Shown here in pieces: positions 9,453 through 18,597 of a DNA stretch of 33,587 nucleotides (positions are counted from its first letter, which is position 1; each line of letters starts with the position of its first letter). The DNA lies in the sequence record SRR20825006_2254; one strand, 5' to 3'. Below the pieces are notes generated by a model, which saw only the letters and a program-made list of their open reading frames with translations, searched no databases and was not told where the DNA came from. Position numbers and translations under genes: made by a program.

Positions 9453-10465
9453 AAGCAATCAGCGGCCTGAACCGCAAGAGCGCTGCCATTTTTATTGTTG
9501 AAACCAGTGGCCAGCGTATTCTCTTCGACCTCGGCGACGGCCTTGAGCCGGGCGAACACCCAAGCCTTTCCGGTATCGGCGCCGTTGACGCCGTCTTCCT
9601 CAGCCATGCCCATACAGACCATGCCGGATCACTTTCCCGCCTTGATGAGATTGGCAACCCGCCTGTCTTTGCAACAGCGCGAACATTCGGCTTTCTGCCT
9701 GAAACGCATAAACCCCGCCAAGCCAATATCATAGCGGAGTGCGGACATTTCCGTTTCGAGGGGCTGAATGTTTCAACCGGGCGATGTGGCCATGCACCGG
9801 GCGGTGTCTGGTTTCACCTTGAAACGGAAAACGGCGGATTCATCTATACCGGCGATATCAGCATGGAATCGAAAGGGATGCCGTTTGATCCCCTACCCCG
9901 TGCCGCAACACTCTTGATTGACGCCTCCTATGGCGACCGCGACCAGTCTTTGGCAACGCAGATTACCGGGATTGCAAAACAGGCCGAAGGCGGTGCGGTG
10001 CTGTGCTGTCCGGCAGCCGGACGCGGCACGGACATGGTTGTTTCCATGGCGGAGCATGGTCTGCCCGTCCATGTCAGTCCGGTGATTGATGCAGAAGTCA
10101 AAGCCGCAACCGGGCGATCCTTCCCTGTTGTCGATGCCGCAACAGCAAGACCAGATCAGGTGATCATCGCTACAGAATCCAACGGTGAAGCCGGGCTTTC
10201 TGCGGAACTTTTGGCGCGTGGTGGCTTTCGCTTCATCTTTTCCAGCCATGTGCCATATGGCACACCGGCTCACAGACTGATTGATCGCGGAGAGGCACAC
10301 TGGATGCCCTGGAATGTGCATCCGCGAAAGCGCGATATTATCGCCCTTGCTGCGCAATGCGGTGCGCAACAGGTCCTGCCAGCATTCGTCGATATGAGAA
10401 AAGCGCCAGATCTTGCCGCTCAGCTTGGCGGGCGTTTAAAGAAGAAAACTGAGACGGAGATTTAG
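9440..10465 (+). CDS. Metallo-beta-lactamase-fold hydrolase, beta-CASP-like
   Basis: LFDLG, HAHTDH, GHAPG, YTGD, DASYG, AAGRG and C-terminal VHP. GTG start overlaps the permease end. Confidence 0.85.
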   Translation: MARLKAISGLNRKSAAIFIVETSGQRILFDLGDGLEPGEHPSLSGIGAVDAVFLSHAHTDHAGSLSRLDEIGNPPVFATARTFGFLPETHKPRQANIIAECGHFRFEGLNVSTGRCGHAPGGVWFHLETENGGFIYTGDISMESKGMPFDPLPRAATLLIDASYGDRDQSLATQITGIAKQAEGGAVLCCPAAGRGTDMVVSMAEHGLPVHVSPVIDAEVKAATGRSFPVVDAATARPDQVIIATESNGEAGLSAELLARGGFRFIFSSHVPYGTPAHRLIDRGEAHWMPWNVHPRKRDIIALAAQCGAQQVLPAFVDMRKAPDLAAQLGGRLKKKTETEI

Positions 10466-10469
10466 CAGA

Positions 10470-11069
10470 ATGACCAAAAAACGCCTCGGTGTTCCCGATC
10501 ACGTGCCTGAAGCCGAAACAAGAGAAGATATCCGCCCGCTTCTTTATCCGGTGGTCGAAAATTTTGGACCACATAACAAAACACTGTTTCTCGGCAATCT
10601 TGCCGCCGCAGAAGATGCTGATTGCCTGATGGATGCCGGGATCACAGAAACGATGAATGTTTCAATCAACATGTTTCCCGGTCCTCTGATGCTTGCCGAT
10701 GGCGTTCACGTCCGCCGCTATCAGATCGGCATGATTGACGGCGCAGGTAATAATCCGCACCTGATGGCGGCTGCCGTTTACGCGATCGAAGGCCTGATGA
10801 GCGGGTATATCCCTGCCAAACCGCATTACCCCAAACACCGCAATGGCCATGTGCTTGTTCACTGCCGTGGCGGACGATCACGATCGGTCACACTGATTGC
10901 ACTGTGGCTGTCTGCCTTTATACCGCAGCAATTCGAAAGCTTTGAGACAGCGCTTGAGCATATCAAAAGGCTGCGCGGGCTGGATGAGAATTATCCGCTA
11001 CCGCCAATGCTCGCACTGGCCGAAGAGGTCCGCACACGTAAGCTTCTCGGGAAAAATGCGACTGCGTGA
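10470..11069 (+). CDS. Dual-specificity/PTP-family (CX5R) phosphatase
   Basis: LFLGNL and VLVHCRGGRSRS P-loop; candidate general-acid Asp in GMIDG. Confidence 0.88.
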   Translation: MTKKRLGVPDHVPEAETREDIRPLLYPVVENFGPHNKTLFLGNLAAAEDADCLMDAGITETMNVSINMFPGPLMLADGVHVRRYQIGMIDGAGNNPHLMAAAVYAIEGLMSGYIPAKPHYPKHRNGHVLVHCRGGRSRSVTLIALWLSAFIPQQFESFETALEHIKRLRGLDENYPLPPMLALAEEVRTRKLLGKNATA

Positions 11070-11077
11070 GAGAAGGC

Positions 11078-12073
11078 ATGGCCGACAAGTTCGTTTCCGC
11101 CTCCGATGTTGCCCGCGCTGCAGGCGTTTCCCGCTCGGCAGTGTCGCGCACCTTTACAGAAGGTGCCAGCGTGGCACCCAAGACCCGCGAGCGGGTAATG
11201 AAAGCCGCAGAGGAGCTCGGCTACCGGGTCAACCTTCTGGCACGCACACTGCACAAGAAGCGTTCCGATCTGGTCGGGCTTGTCGGGGCAAACCTGTCAA
11301 ATCCGTATATTTCCGCGCAGGTGGATGCGCTGACGGCAGCGCTTTATGCACATGATCTGCAATGCATGATGCTTAATCTGGCCGGCGCGGAACGTGATGT
11401 TGAAAACGCACTTGCCAAACTTCTGGAATATCGTGTGCGGACGGTCGTACTGTTATCCGGTGCCGTGCCAGATACGCTGATGCGGCTGGCCGCGGCCAAT
11501 GCCACGCGGCTTGTGCTTATCAACCGGCCACTGCCGGAAAATATCGGATTGGTTGACCAGATCGAGGCGGATTCGGCTGAAGGCGGTGCGTTGGCGGCAA
11601 AACGGTTGATTGCGGCGGATTGTCGGAATGTGGCCGTCGTTCTTTCGGCCTCCAGAACTTCGGCCAAGCTGGCGCGCGCACAAGCGTTTATACGGGTCAT
11701 GGAGGAAAACCGGATACCGGTTACGCAATGGAGCCAGGGCCGCAACACCTATGAAACCGGCGTCGAGGCCGCCCACGGCCTGCTCGCAGCGCCGGGAATA
11801 GACGGTGTTTTCGGCGTGACCGACGAAATCGCGCTAGGCATCATGAACACCGCCCGCCATGAACTCGGGCTTTCGGTTCCTGACGATGTTTCCGTTATCG
11901 GCTTTGACGATGCCCCGATTTCCGACTGGTCGTCGCACCGGCTCACAACCATCAGGCAATCGCTTTCATCTCTGACAGAGGCGACGCTCTCTGCCATCAC
12001 CGGTCCGGCAAATGCGCCACCATCGCATCATTTTATTCCCGTCAGCCTCGTAGAACGGGCCTCGGTGCGTTGA
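11078..12073 (+). CDS. LacI-family transcriptional regulator
   Basis: DVARAAGVSRSAVSR HTH; VIGFDD and LTTIRQ motifs. Confidence 0.95.
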   Translation: MADKFVSASDVARAAGVSRSAVSRTFTEGASVAPKTRERVMKAAEELGYRVNLLARTLHKKRSDLVGLVGANLSNPYISAQVDALTAALYAHDLQCMMLNLAGAERDVENALAKLLEYRVRTVVLLSGAVPDTLMRLAAANATRLVLINRPLPENIGLVDQIEADSAEGGALAAKRLIAADCRNVAVVLSASRTSAKLARAQAFIRVMEENRIPVTQWSQGRNTYETGVEAAHGLLAAPGIDGVFGVTDEIALGIMNTARHELGLSVPDDVSVIGFDDAPISDWSSHRLTTIRQSLSSLTEATLSAITGPANAPPSHHFIPVSLVERASVR

Positions 12074-12080
12074 AATATTC

Positions 12081-12114
12081 AGAGGACCGTTGGTCATGAA
12101 ACCAACGGTCCTCT
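12081..12114. terminator. Hairpin/terminator between convergent operons
   Basis: Perfect 14-bp stem AGAGGACCGTTGGT/ACCAACGGTCCTCT with loop CATGAA. Confidence 0.75.
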
Positions 12115-12137
12115 TCATTCGATCAGCAACGGAAAAC

Positions 12138-12800
12138 TCAGCTTGCGGGCCAGACTTCCTGAAGCTTTTCACCGGCCAGAATGCGGTCACGGTTGGTGGC
12201 TTCTTCCTTGCCCAGATCATCGGCCTGATCAGCCACAGCCTTCAGATGCTCCTTCGGGATCACCACAACGCCGTCAACATCACCGAAAATCACATCGCCG
12301 GGGCGAACGGTTGCCTTGCCGATCTGAAGCGGCACTTGGCTTTTCTTCGGTTCTTTCTTGCCGGTCACGCCGATGGGGCTGGGCATCGTGCCGAAAAGCG
12401 GATAACCGAGCGCACGCACCTGTGCCAGATCGCGCACCGTGCCGTTGACGACGGTAGCCGCACAGCCATGGGTCTTGGCACCCGTGCTCATCAGTTCACC
12501 CGAGCATGAGCCGGGTGCGCAGGATGCATCGCAAACCATAATCCCGCCCTTCGGCGCATTGTCGATGGCATGATGGTAGACGTCCTGAGGCTCACCCTTG
12601 CGGTCAGACGGCTCAAAAAGAACCGTAACCGCAGGACCACAAACAACATCACCTGGCTCTAGCGCACCAAGAAGCGAAATGCCCTCAAGGCATCCCCAGA
12701 GGCCAAGTGCCTCCATGCTGTCGTGAATATCGCCCGAATACCATTTCTTCAGGCGTTCGATTGCCTCCCAATCGGTGTCCGAATAGTCAAATTCAGCCAT
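12138..12800 (-). CDS. RraA-like/HMG-CHA class II pyruvate aldolase family protein
   Basis: GPAVTV, SGELMS, NGTVRD, PGDVIFGDVDGVVVIP. ATG at 12800 with AGAGGA RBS. Confidence 0.85.
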   Translation of the reverse strand: MAEFDYSDTDWEAIERLKKWYSGDIHDSMEALGLWGCLEGISLLGALEPGDVVCGPAVTVLFEPSDRKGEPQDVYHHAIDNAPKGGIMVCDASCAPGSCSGELMSTGAKTHGCAATVVNGTVRDLAQVRALGYPLFGTMPSPIGVTGKKEPKKSQVPLQIGKATVRPGDVIFGDVDGVVVIPKEHLKAVADQADDLGKEEATNRDRILAGEKLQEVWPAS

Positions 12801-12801
12801 T

Positions 12802-13572
12802 TCAATCCTCTTTTCTGGCCTTTTTCTGGTTGGATTTCTCAATCGCCTGACGCAAATAGTCGGCGCTGTTGTCAATCTGCGCACGCAGCAGAGCTTTCGC
12901 ACCCGCCTTGTCCCGTGCGATGATCAGTTCGTAGATGCTGGCATGTTCAGAATAGGCATCGTCCAGTGACTTGGTCGGTACGCGACTGGACACATGAATA
13001 ACGTCGTTAATCAGACCGGACAGATTGTCATAGATCAGCTGCAGAATCTGGTTACCGGTGGCATGCACCAGTGCCAGATGAAATTCCGCATCAGCATTGA
13101 CGAAACCGGCAAAGTCCTTGCTGTCACGCGCACTGCGCATAGCATCCAACGCAGCAGTGACCTCCGGCGTGACCGGATCTTCATTGTCGGTCAACATCTC
13201 CAGAACTTCCGCCTCGATCATCCGGCGCACCGCCATCAACTGCAGAAGATAATTCGGATCTGTGGAAAAGCGCTGACGTACTGTGATCGCCAGCGTGTCA
13301 AGATAACCATCGACGTCATCACGAACGACCTCTGTCCGCTCGCCATGACGGCGCTGAACCAAGCCTTTGACTTCCAGTTCCTGCACTGCCTCCCGCACGG
13401 CGCGTGTCGATACGCCGAAATCTCTGGCAATCGCACTTTCAGACGGAAGACGGTCACCAATCTTCAGTTCACCCGTCAGAATCCTGTTTTCCAGAATCTT
13501 CGAGACTTCAGAATAGAGCCGGCCACGCCGACGCAAGGGCGTTTCTTTTTCGATCCCGACATCTGAGTTCAT
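12802..13572 (-). CDS. GntR/FadR-family regulator
   Basis: GDRLPSE...FGVSTRAVREA wHTH; FCD domain DAEFHLALVHATGN, EH. Start 13572 fits the GAAAGGA RBS (13581 is an alternative). Confidence 0.93.
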   Translation of the reverse strand: MNSDVGIEKETPLRRRGRLYSEVSKILENRILTGELKIGDRLPSESAIARDFGVSTRAVREAVQELEVKGLVQRRHGERTEVVRDDVDGYLDTLAITVRQRFSTDPNYLLQLMAVRRMIEAEVLEMLTDNEDPVTPEVTAALDAMRSARDSKDFAGFVNADAEFHLALVHATGNQILQLIYDNLSGLINDVIHVSSRVPTKSLDDAYSEHASIYELIIARDKAGAKALLRAQIDNSADYLRQAIEKSNQKKARKED

Positions 13573-13592
13573 AACCAGCATCCTTTCGTCTG

Positions 13593-13625
13593 TTGACAGT
13601 ACTTATGTCATGAGTCATAAGTCAA
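13593..13625. promoter_or_regulatory. Divergent promoter region with candidate FadR operator
   Basis: ACTTATG-N8-CATAAGT inverted repeat (13601-13622), flanked by TTGAC on both strands. Confidence 0.5.
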
Positions 13626-13690
13626 GAGTTAGTTTCTTGCATTTTTCGCGTTGGAGGCGGAATCGCGCAAGACCACAACGGGAGGTTATC

Positions 13691-14668
13691 TTGAAATCCA
13701 CATTAAAAACGCTAATTCACACGTCTGTCGCAACCGCAGCTATTCTGGGAATGGCTGGCGCTGCCCATGCAGAATGGCCGGAACGCGCGGTCACCATTAT
13801 CGTGCCATGGTCAGCTGGCGGCGGCACTGATGCAACAGCCCGCGCTGTTGCCGCTGATCTGGAAGAGAAGTTTGGTCAGCCGTTCAATGTCGTGAACCGA
13901 ACAGGCGGTGGTGGCCTGGTAGGGCATTCGGCAATCGCCAATGCAAAACCGGATGGCTACACGATCGGTGTCATCACCATCGAAAGCACGATGTATGAAA
14001 CGCAGGGCCTGCCGGGCGTTACACCAACGGATTACGACTACATCGGTCGCTATAATGCTGATGCAATCGGGATCAACGTTGAGGCAGATGCCGACTATGG
14101 AGATGTTCAGGCGCTGATTGATGCCGTCAAGGCCAATCCGGGCAAGATCACAGCCTCCGGTGCAAACCGTGGCGGCCTTTCGCATCTGGCTTGGGCCGGT
14201 CTGTTGAACAAGCTCGATATCGCACCGGATGCAAGCCCGTGGGTTGCTTCCGATGGCTCGGCACCTGCCCTGCAACAACTGGCGGCCGGTGCCATTGATG
14301 TTGTTTCCACATCACCTGCTGAAGCCCGTTCGCTGGTCGAAGCCGGTGAAGTGAAAACACTGGCGCTGATTGCCGATGAGCGCAGCCCGCTGTTCCCCGA
14401 TATCCCGACGACAACGGAAGCGCTTGACGTTCAGTGGTCGCCGATGCCGTTCCGTGGTCTTGCCGGCCCAGATGGCATGCCGGAAGAAACTGTCACCGCA
14501 CTTGCAGCTGCTCTGCAGGAAATTTGCGACGACCCGGATTTCCAGAAGTTCATGTCTTCGCGCGGGTTCTCTGTTGCCTATCAGGATTCCACCACCTTCA
14601 AAGAAACGGTTTTCGCCGATTATGAAGGCCTGGCCGAAACCATGAAGGTTCTGGGTCTGGCGAAGTAG
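13691..14668 (+). CDS. tctC: Tripartite tricarboxylate transporter substrate-binding protein (Bug/TctC)
   Basis: Signal peptide; WPERAVTIIVPWSAGGGTD, VNRTGGGG, PDGYT. TTG start after GGAGG. Confidence 0.92.
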   Translation: MKSTLKTLIHTSVATAAILGMAGAAHAEWPERAVTIIVPWSAGGGTDATARAVAADLEEKFGQPFNVVNRTGGGGLVGHSAIANAKPDGYTIGVITIESTMYETQGLPGVTPTDYDYIGRYNADAIGINVEADADYGDVQALIDAVKANPGKITASGANRGGLSHLAWAGLLNKLDIAPDASPWVASDGSAPALQQLAAGAIDVVSTSPAEARSLVEAGEVKTLALIADERSPLFPDIPTTTEALDVQWSPMPFRGLAGPDGMPEETVTALAAALQEICDDPDFQKFMSSRGFSVAYQDSTTFKETVFADYEGLAETMKVLGLAK

Positions 14669-14688
14669 CGCCTCCGGAGTAACTTGAA

Positions 14689-15162
14689 ATGAAAATCAGC
14701 GACCGGATTACCGGACCCGCTCTGTCACTCTTCGGAGTGGCCGTGATTGTGGGGGCTTCACAGCTTCCCACAGTCCCGGGCGTGCGTTTCGGTGCAGATC
14801 TCATGCCGACGCTCATCGGCATCGGCTTTATCGGACTGGGCATCGCAATCGGCCTCGGTGGGTTCATTGCCGGTGGTGGTGTGAAGTTCTTCGATCTTTC
14901 TGAATGGCAAGTGCCGTGGCGCAAGAAAGCTGCGGCATTCTGGACGCTGGCGGGCCTTCTGATCGGAATCCTTCTGTTTCAGTCCGTCGGTTTTCCGCTT
15001 TACGCGATAATCTACATGGCTGTGCTGATGCTGCTGATGGGCGCTTCCTGGGCAACGACAGCCATTATCAGCCCCGTCGTGGTACTCGTCCTTTATTATG
15101 GCTTTTCAAAAGGGCTTTTGGTTCCACTGCCTGCGGGCCTTCTGGGAGGGATTTTGCCATGA
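14689..15162 (+). CDS. tctB: TTT small membrane subunit
   Basis: 157 aa with 4-5 TM helices, C-terminal VPLPAG, between tctC and tctA. Confidence 0.88.
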   Translation: MKISDRITGPALSLFGVAVIVGASQLPTVPGVRFGADLMPTLIGIGFIGLGIAIGLGGFIAGGGVKFFDLSEWQVPWRKKAAAFWTLAGLLIGILLFQSVGFPLYAIIYMAVLMLLMGASWATTAIISPVVVLVLYYGFSKGLLVPLPAGLLGGILP

Positions 15163-16694
15163 GTACGGAAATACTGCTTCAGGCGCTCTCTATCGTCACG
15201 CAGACCGATGTACTGCTCGCGATCCTTCTTGGCGCAGTTTACGGCCTTTTTATCGGGGCTCTGCCGGGTCTTACAGCCACCATGTCGACTGCACTGCTGG
15301 TCCCCGTCACCTTCTATATGGCACCGATTCCGGCAATTGCCCTGATCGTTTCATCAACGGCCATGGCCATTTCCGCCGGTGACATGCCCGGCACGCTGTT
15401 GCGCATTCCCGGCACCCCGGCATCTGCCGCTTACACGGATGAATCCTATCAGATGACCGTGAATGGCAAGGCAGGTACTGCCCTTTCCATCGGTTTCTTC
15501 TTTTCCGCTATGGGTGGGCTTGTCGGAGCCTGTGTACTGCTCCTGACGGGACCGCTTCTGGCGAAAATCTCACTCAACTTTTCAAGCTTTGAGTTTTTCT
15601 GGCTCGCCGTACTTGGTCTTCTGACCTGTGCTCTGGTCTCCGGCAACGATGCGGCACGCGGCTTCACATCACTCATGATCGGCCTTCTGATCTCGACTGT
15701 CGGTCTCGACATCACCACAGGCGCACCGCGTTTTGTGTTTGGCCAGATGGAGTTGATGGGCGGTGTTTCCTTTATTCCCGTAATGATCGGGATGTTCGCC
15801 TTTTCAGAAATTCTGCGTGGCTTCACCACCAATCAAACCGGCGGCGGCGAGATGCCGAAGCTTGGCAAAATCACACCGTTTCAGGGAATTTTCGGGCTCT
15901 TCCGCAAATATCCGTTCTCCTTCCTGCGCGGTGCGTCGCTTGGAACGATCGTCGGCGCACTTCCCGGCATCGGCGGAGATCTGGCGGCCTGGATTGCCTA
16001 TGGCATGAGCAAGCGCTTTTCCAGAACGCCGGAAAAATATGGTACCGGCCACCCGGAGGGCCTGATCGAGTCGACGTCATCGAACAATGCAGGCCTGTCC
16101 AGCGCCTGGATCCCTGCACTGGTGTTCGGCATCCCCGGTGACGCAGTGACTGCCATTGCCGTCGGTGTCCTGTTCATGAAGGGCGTGAACCCCGGCCCCC
16201 GGCTTTTTGTCGAGAATCCGTCAATGCCGACGGCGATCATCATGTGCTTCTTTCTCGCCAACCTGCTTCTGTTTCCACTGGGTTTTGCCGCGATCAAACT
16301 GGCACGTCACGTTCTGTCGATACCGCGTTCCGTCATTGTGCCGATCATTCTGGTCTGCTGTTTCCTCGGCTCCTATGCCGTCAACAACACGCTGTTCGGT
16401 GTATGGATCATGCTGATTTCCGGCATTGTCGGTTACGTCATGGAACGTAACGGTTTTCCGATTGCCCCGGTCATTCTCGGCCTTGTGCTTGGACCCGTTC
16501 TGGAACGCAACTTCATCATGTCGATGCAGATATCCGGCGGCAACCTTATGGGCTTTTTCGAGCGCCCGATCGCGGCCTCGCTCGGAGTGGTGGTCTGCCT
16601 GATTCTTCTGGCAACGGCTGTTCACGCCATCATCGTATTCCGTCGGGCAAAGCCGCAAGAAGCCGCTACCGCTGAAGCACAGGAAACATCGTGA
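15159..16694 (+). CDS. tctA: TTT large membrane subunit
   Basis: GALPGLTATM, IPGTPAS, GALPGIG, NNA, GIPGD. ATGA overlap with tctB. Confidence 0.93.
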   Translation: MSTEILLQALSIVTQTDVLLAILLGAVYGLFIGALPGLTATMSTALLVPVTFYMAPIPAIALIVSSTAMAISAGDMPGTLLRIPGTPASAAYTDESYQMTVNGKAGTALSIGFFFSAMGGLVGACVLLLTGPLLAKISLNFSSFEFFWLAVLGLLTCALVSGNDAARGFTSLMIGLLISTVGLDITTGAPRFVFGQMELMGGVSFIPVMIGMFAFSEILRGFTTNQTGGGEMPKLGKITPFQGIFGLFRKYPFSFLRGASLGTIVGALPGIGGDLAAWIAYGMSKRFSRTPEKYGTGHPEGLIESTSSNNAGLSSAWIPALVFGIPGDAVTAIAVGVLFMKGVNPGPRLFVENPSMPTAIIMCFFLANLLLFPLGFAAIKLARHVLSIPRSVIVPIILVCCFLGSYAVNNTLFGVWIMLISGIVGYVMERNGFPIAPVILGLVLGPVLERNFIMSMQISGGNLMGFFERPIAASLGVVVCLILLATAVHAIIVFRRAKPQEAATAEAQETS

Positions 16695-16801
16695 CCCTCT
16701 TCGTCCCGGCAAAGACCTGACACCATCTCACTTTCTCTCCTTCAGGTCGCCGGGATGCTTTCTCCAATTAGAACAACCACCCTTTTGAAAGGACAAGAAC
16801 C

Positions 16802-17620
16802 ATGGACAATATGTTCTCAGTCGAAGGTCGTATCGCCGTTGTAACAGGTGGCCTCGGCCAGTTGGGCACCCAGTTTTCCAAATCGCTGGCCGAAGCGGGT
16901 GCAAAGGTCGCCATCTTCTCGCGCCGCTCCTTTTCCGCTGCGCAGGTCGCCGAGAAATTCCCCGGCCTTGAAGACCGCATTCGCGTTTATGAGGCTTCCG
17001 TCACCGACAAGGAAGCGCTTCAGGCTGCCACCGATCAGCTGATTGCCGACTGGGGCGTGCCACATATTCTCGTCAACAATGCCGGCATTGATTCCAAACC
17101 GGATGGCGCGGCCGACCAGAATGCTCCCTTCGAGGAATATCCGCAGAAGTACTGGGATGAAATCATCGATACCAACCTGACCGGCGTTATGCTGACCAGC
17201 CAGGTCGTCGGCACGAAGATGGCCGAGAAGGAACGCGGTTCGATTATCAATGTCGGCTCTATGTACGGCATGGTCTCCCCGAACCAGGCTCTTTATGCAT
17301 ACCGCCTCGAACGTGATGGCGTACCTTTCGTCAAGGCCGTGTCCTATGCTGCATCCAAATCCGGACTGTTGAACCTCACGCGTTACCTTGCCACTTACTG
17401 GGCTCCGAAAAAGGTTCGCTGCAATATTGTTTCATTCGGCGGTGTGAAAACCGGCTCCTACGACAAGGAGTTCATCGACGCTTTTCTCGAACGTGTCCCG
17501 CTTGGCCGTCAGGCTGAGGTGGATGAGTATAACGGCGTCATCCGCTTCCTGGCATCGGATGCATCCTCTTACATGACCGGGTCCAATGTTGTCGTCGATG
17601 GCGGCTTTACATCCTGGTAA
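16802..17620 (+). CDS. Short-chain dehydrogenase/reductase
   Basis: TGGLGQLG, NNAG, catalytic YAASK, YMTGSNVVVDGG. Confidence 0.92.
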   Translation: MDNMFSVEGRIAVVTGGLGQLGTQFSKSLAEAGAKVAIFSRRSFSAAQVAEKFPGLEDRIRVYEASVTDKEALQAATDQLIADWGVPHILVNNAGIDSKPDGAADQNAPFEEYPQKYWDEIIDTNLTGVMLTSQVVGTKMAEKERGSIINVGSMYGMVSPNQALYAYRLERDGVPFVKAVSYAASKSGLLNLTRYLATYWAPKKVRCNIVSFGGVKTGSYDKEFIDAFLERVPLGRQAEVDEYNGVIRFLASDASSYMTGSNVVVDGGFTSW

Positions 17621-17631
17621 ACTCCCCACCT

Positions 17632-17660
17632 GCCGCCGGTTATGTGCCGGCGGCTTTTTT
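17632..17660 (+). terminator. Intrinsic terminator after the SDR
   Basis: GCCGCCGG/CCGGCGGC stem followed by TTTTTT. Confidence 0.85.
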
Positions 17661-17820
17661 AGCGTTTAGGAAAGACTGAATTGTCGATAACGCAATGATC
17701 CGGAAAGATAATTCCTTTAGGTTCGAAGCAGGTCGGCACGTCTCCGATCCCCCGTGAAGCGGCAAGTTTCCTGAAAAAAACAGGTCTGTCGCGAACCTGC
17801 AGAGATAAAGGAATTTTCCT

Positions 17821-18561
17821 GTGAGCAATCAATATGAAGACCTGCTCGTCAACGCCTACAAAGACAAGATCCTGATTGATCAGGATGTGTTTTCCGGCAT
17901 CGGCCCGAAAGAGGCCTATGATGTTCAAACCGCCGTCATGAAGCGCCTTGGCCAGAGTGCAGGTGGCTTCAAGGTCGCGATCAACGGCGAGGGCAAAGCG
18001 GTTGCCGCTCCGATTTACTCTGAAAAATTCACCCGCACCGGTGGCAAGCTGGCTCTGCCTCGGCAAGGTATTCTTGGCGCCGAATTCGAACTCGCCTTCG
18101 TTCTGGGCAAAACCGTGACGCCGGAAATGGCAGAAGCTGGAGAAGACGCGGTTCTTGAGGCTATCGATCATTTCGTTTTCGGTATTGAAGTCATCGGAAC
18201 ACGTTTCAACACCCAACCACAGGCCACAGCGTGGGCGCAGCTCGCCGATAATCTGAGCGGTATCGGCTATATTGCAGGTACAGAAAGATATTCCGGAAAA
18301 ATCGACGTTGACGGAGAGCCATTGAGAATTGAAGCCAATGGTGTCGAAATCCTCAATAAGCCAGCAAAGCATCCCTTCGGCGGCGCGCTGAATCCGGTTA
18401 TCGCTTATGCAAAGAATGGTGAAGATAAAATCGGTATGCTGCAGGCCGGATCCTTCATCACCACCGGCTCACTTTGCGGAGCGGTTCCGTTTAGCGCGCC
18501 CTGCGAGATCGTTGCCACCATCAAAGACAAGTTCAGCGTCTCGGCAAATTTGACAGTCTGA
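17821..18561 (+). CDS. Fumarylacetoacetate-hydrolase superfamily protein, 2-keto-4-pentenoate hydratase (MhpD)-like
   Basis: EAYDVQ, GFKVA, AEFELAF, IEVIGTR, ADN, ITTGS motifs. Confidence 0.78.
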   Translation: MSNQYEDLLVNAYKDKILIDQDVFSGIGPKEAYDVQTAVMKRLGQSAGGFKVAINGEGKAVAAPIYSEKFTRTGGKLALPRQGILGAEFELAFVLGKTVTPEMAEAGEDAVLEAIDHFVFGIEVIGTRFNTQPQATAWAQLADNLSGIGYIAGTERYSGKIDVDGEPLRIEANGVEILNKPAKHPFGGALNPVIAYAKNGEDKIGMLQAGSFITTGSLCGAVPFSAPCEIVATIKDKFSVSANLTV

Positions 18562-18597
18562 TCGTCTGAGAATCATAACAATGCAGACCTGAACCGC

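Noticed and set aside
9440-11069. MBL nuclease plus phosphatase as an anti-phage or toxin system
   Set aside because: Both genes are embedded in an importer operon with a LacI regulator; no defence-associated ATPase, methylase or other partner is present.
3152-12103. Two hairpins share the loop region GGTCATGAAA(A)CC (3152-3164 and 12092-12103)
   Set aside because: Stems are otherwise unrelated and there are only two instances; not enough to call a REP family.
12138-12800. Annotation as regulator of RNase E (rraA) or menG methyltransferase
   Set aside because: Aldolase metal/pyruvate-binding motifs and the catabolic neighbourhood favour an enzyme.
16802-18561. SDR plus FAH-family genes as the non-phosphorylative L-rhamnose pathway
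   Set aside because: Lactonase and dehydratase are absent, the FAH protein looks MhpD-like, and a terminator separates the two genes.
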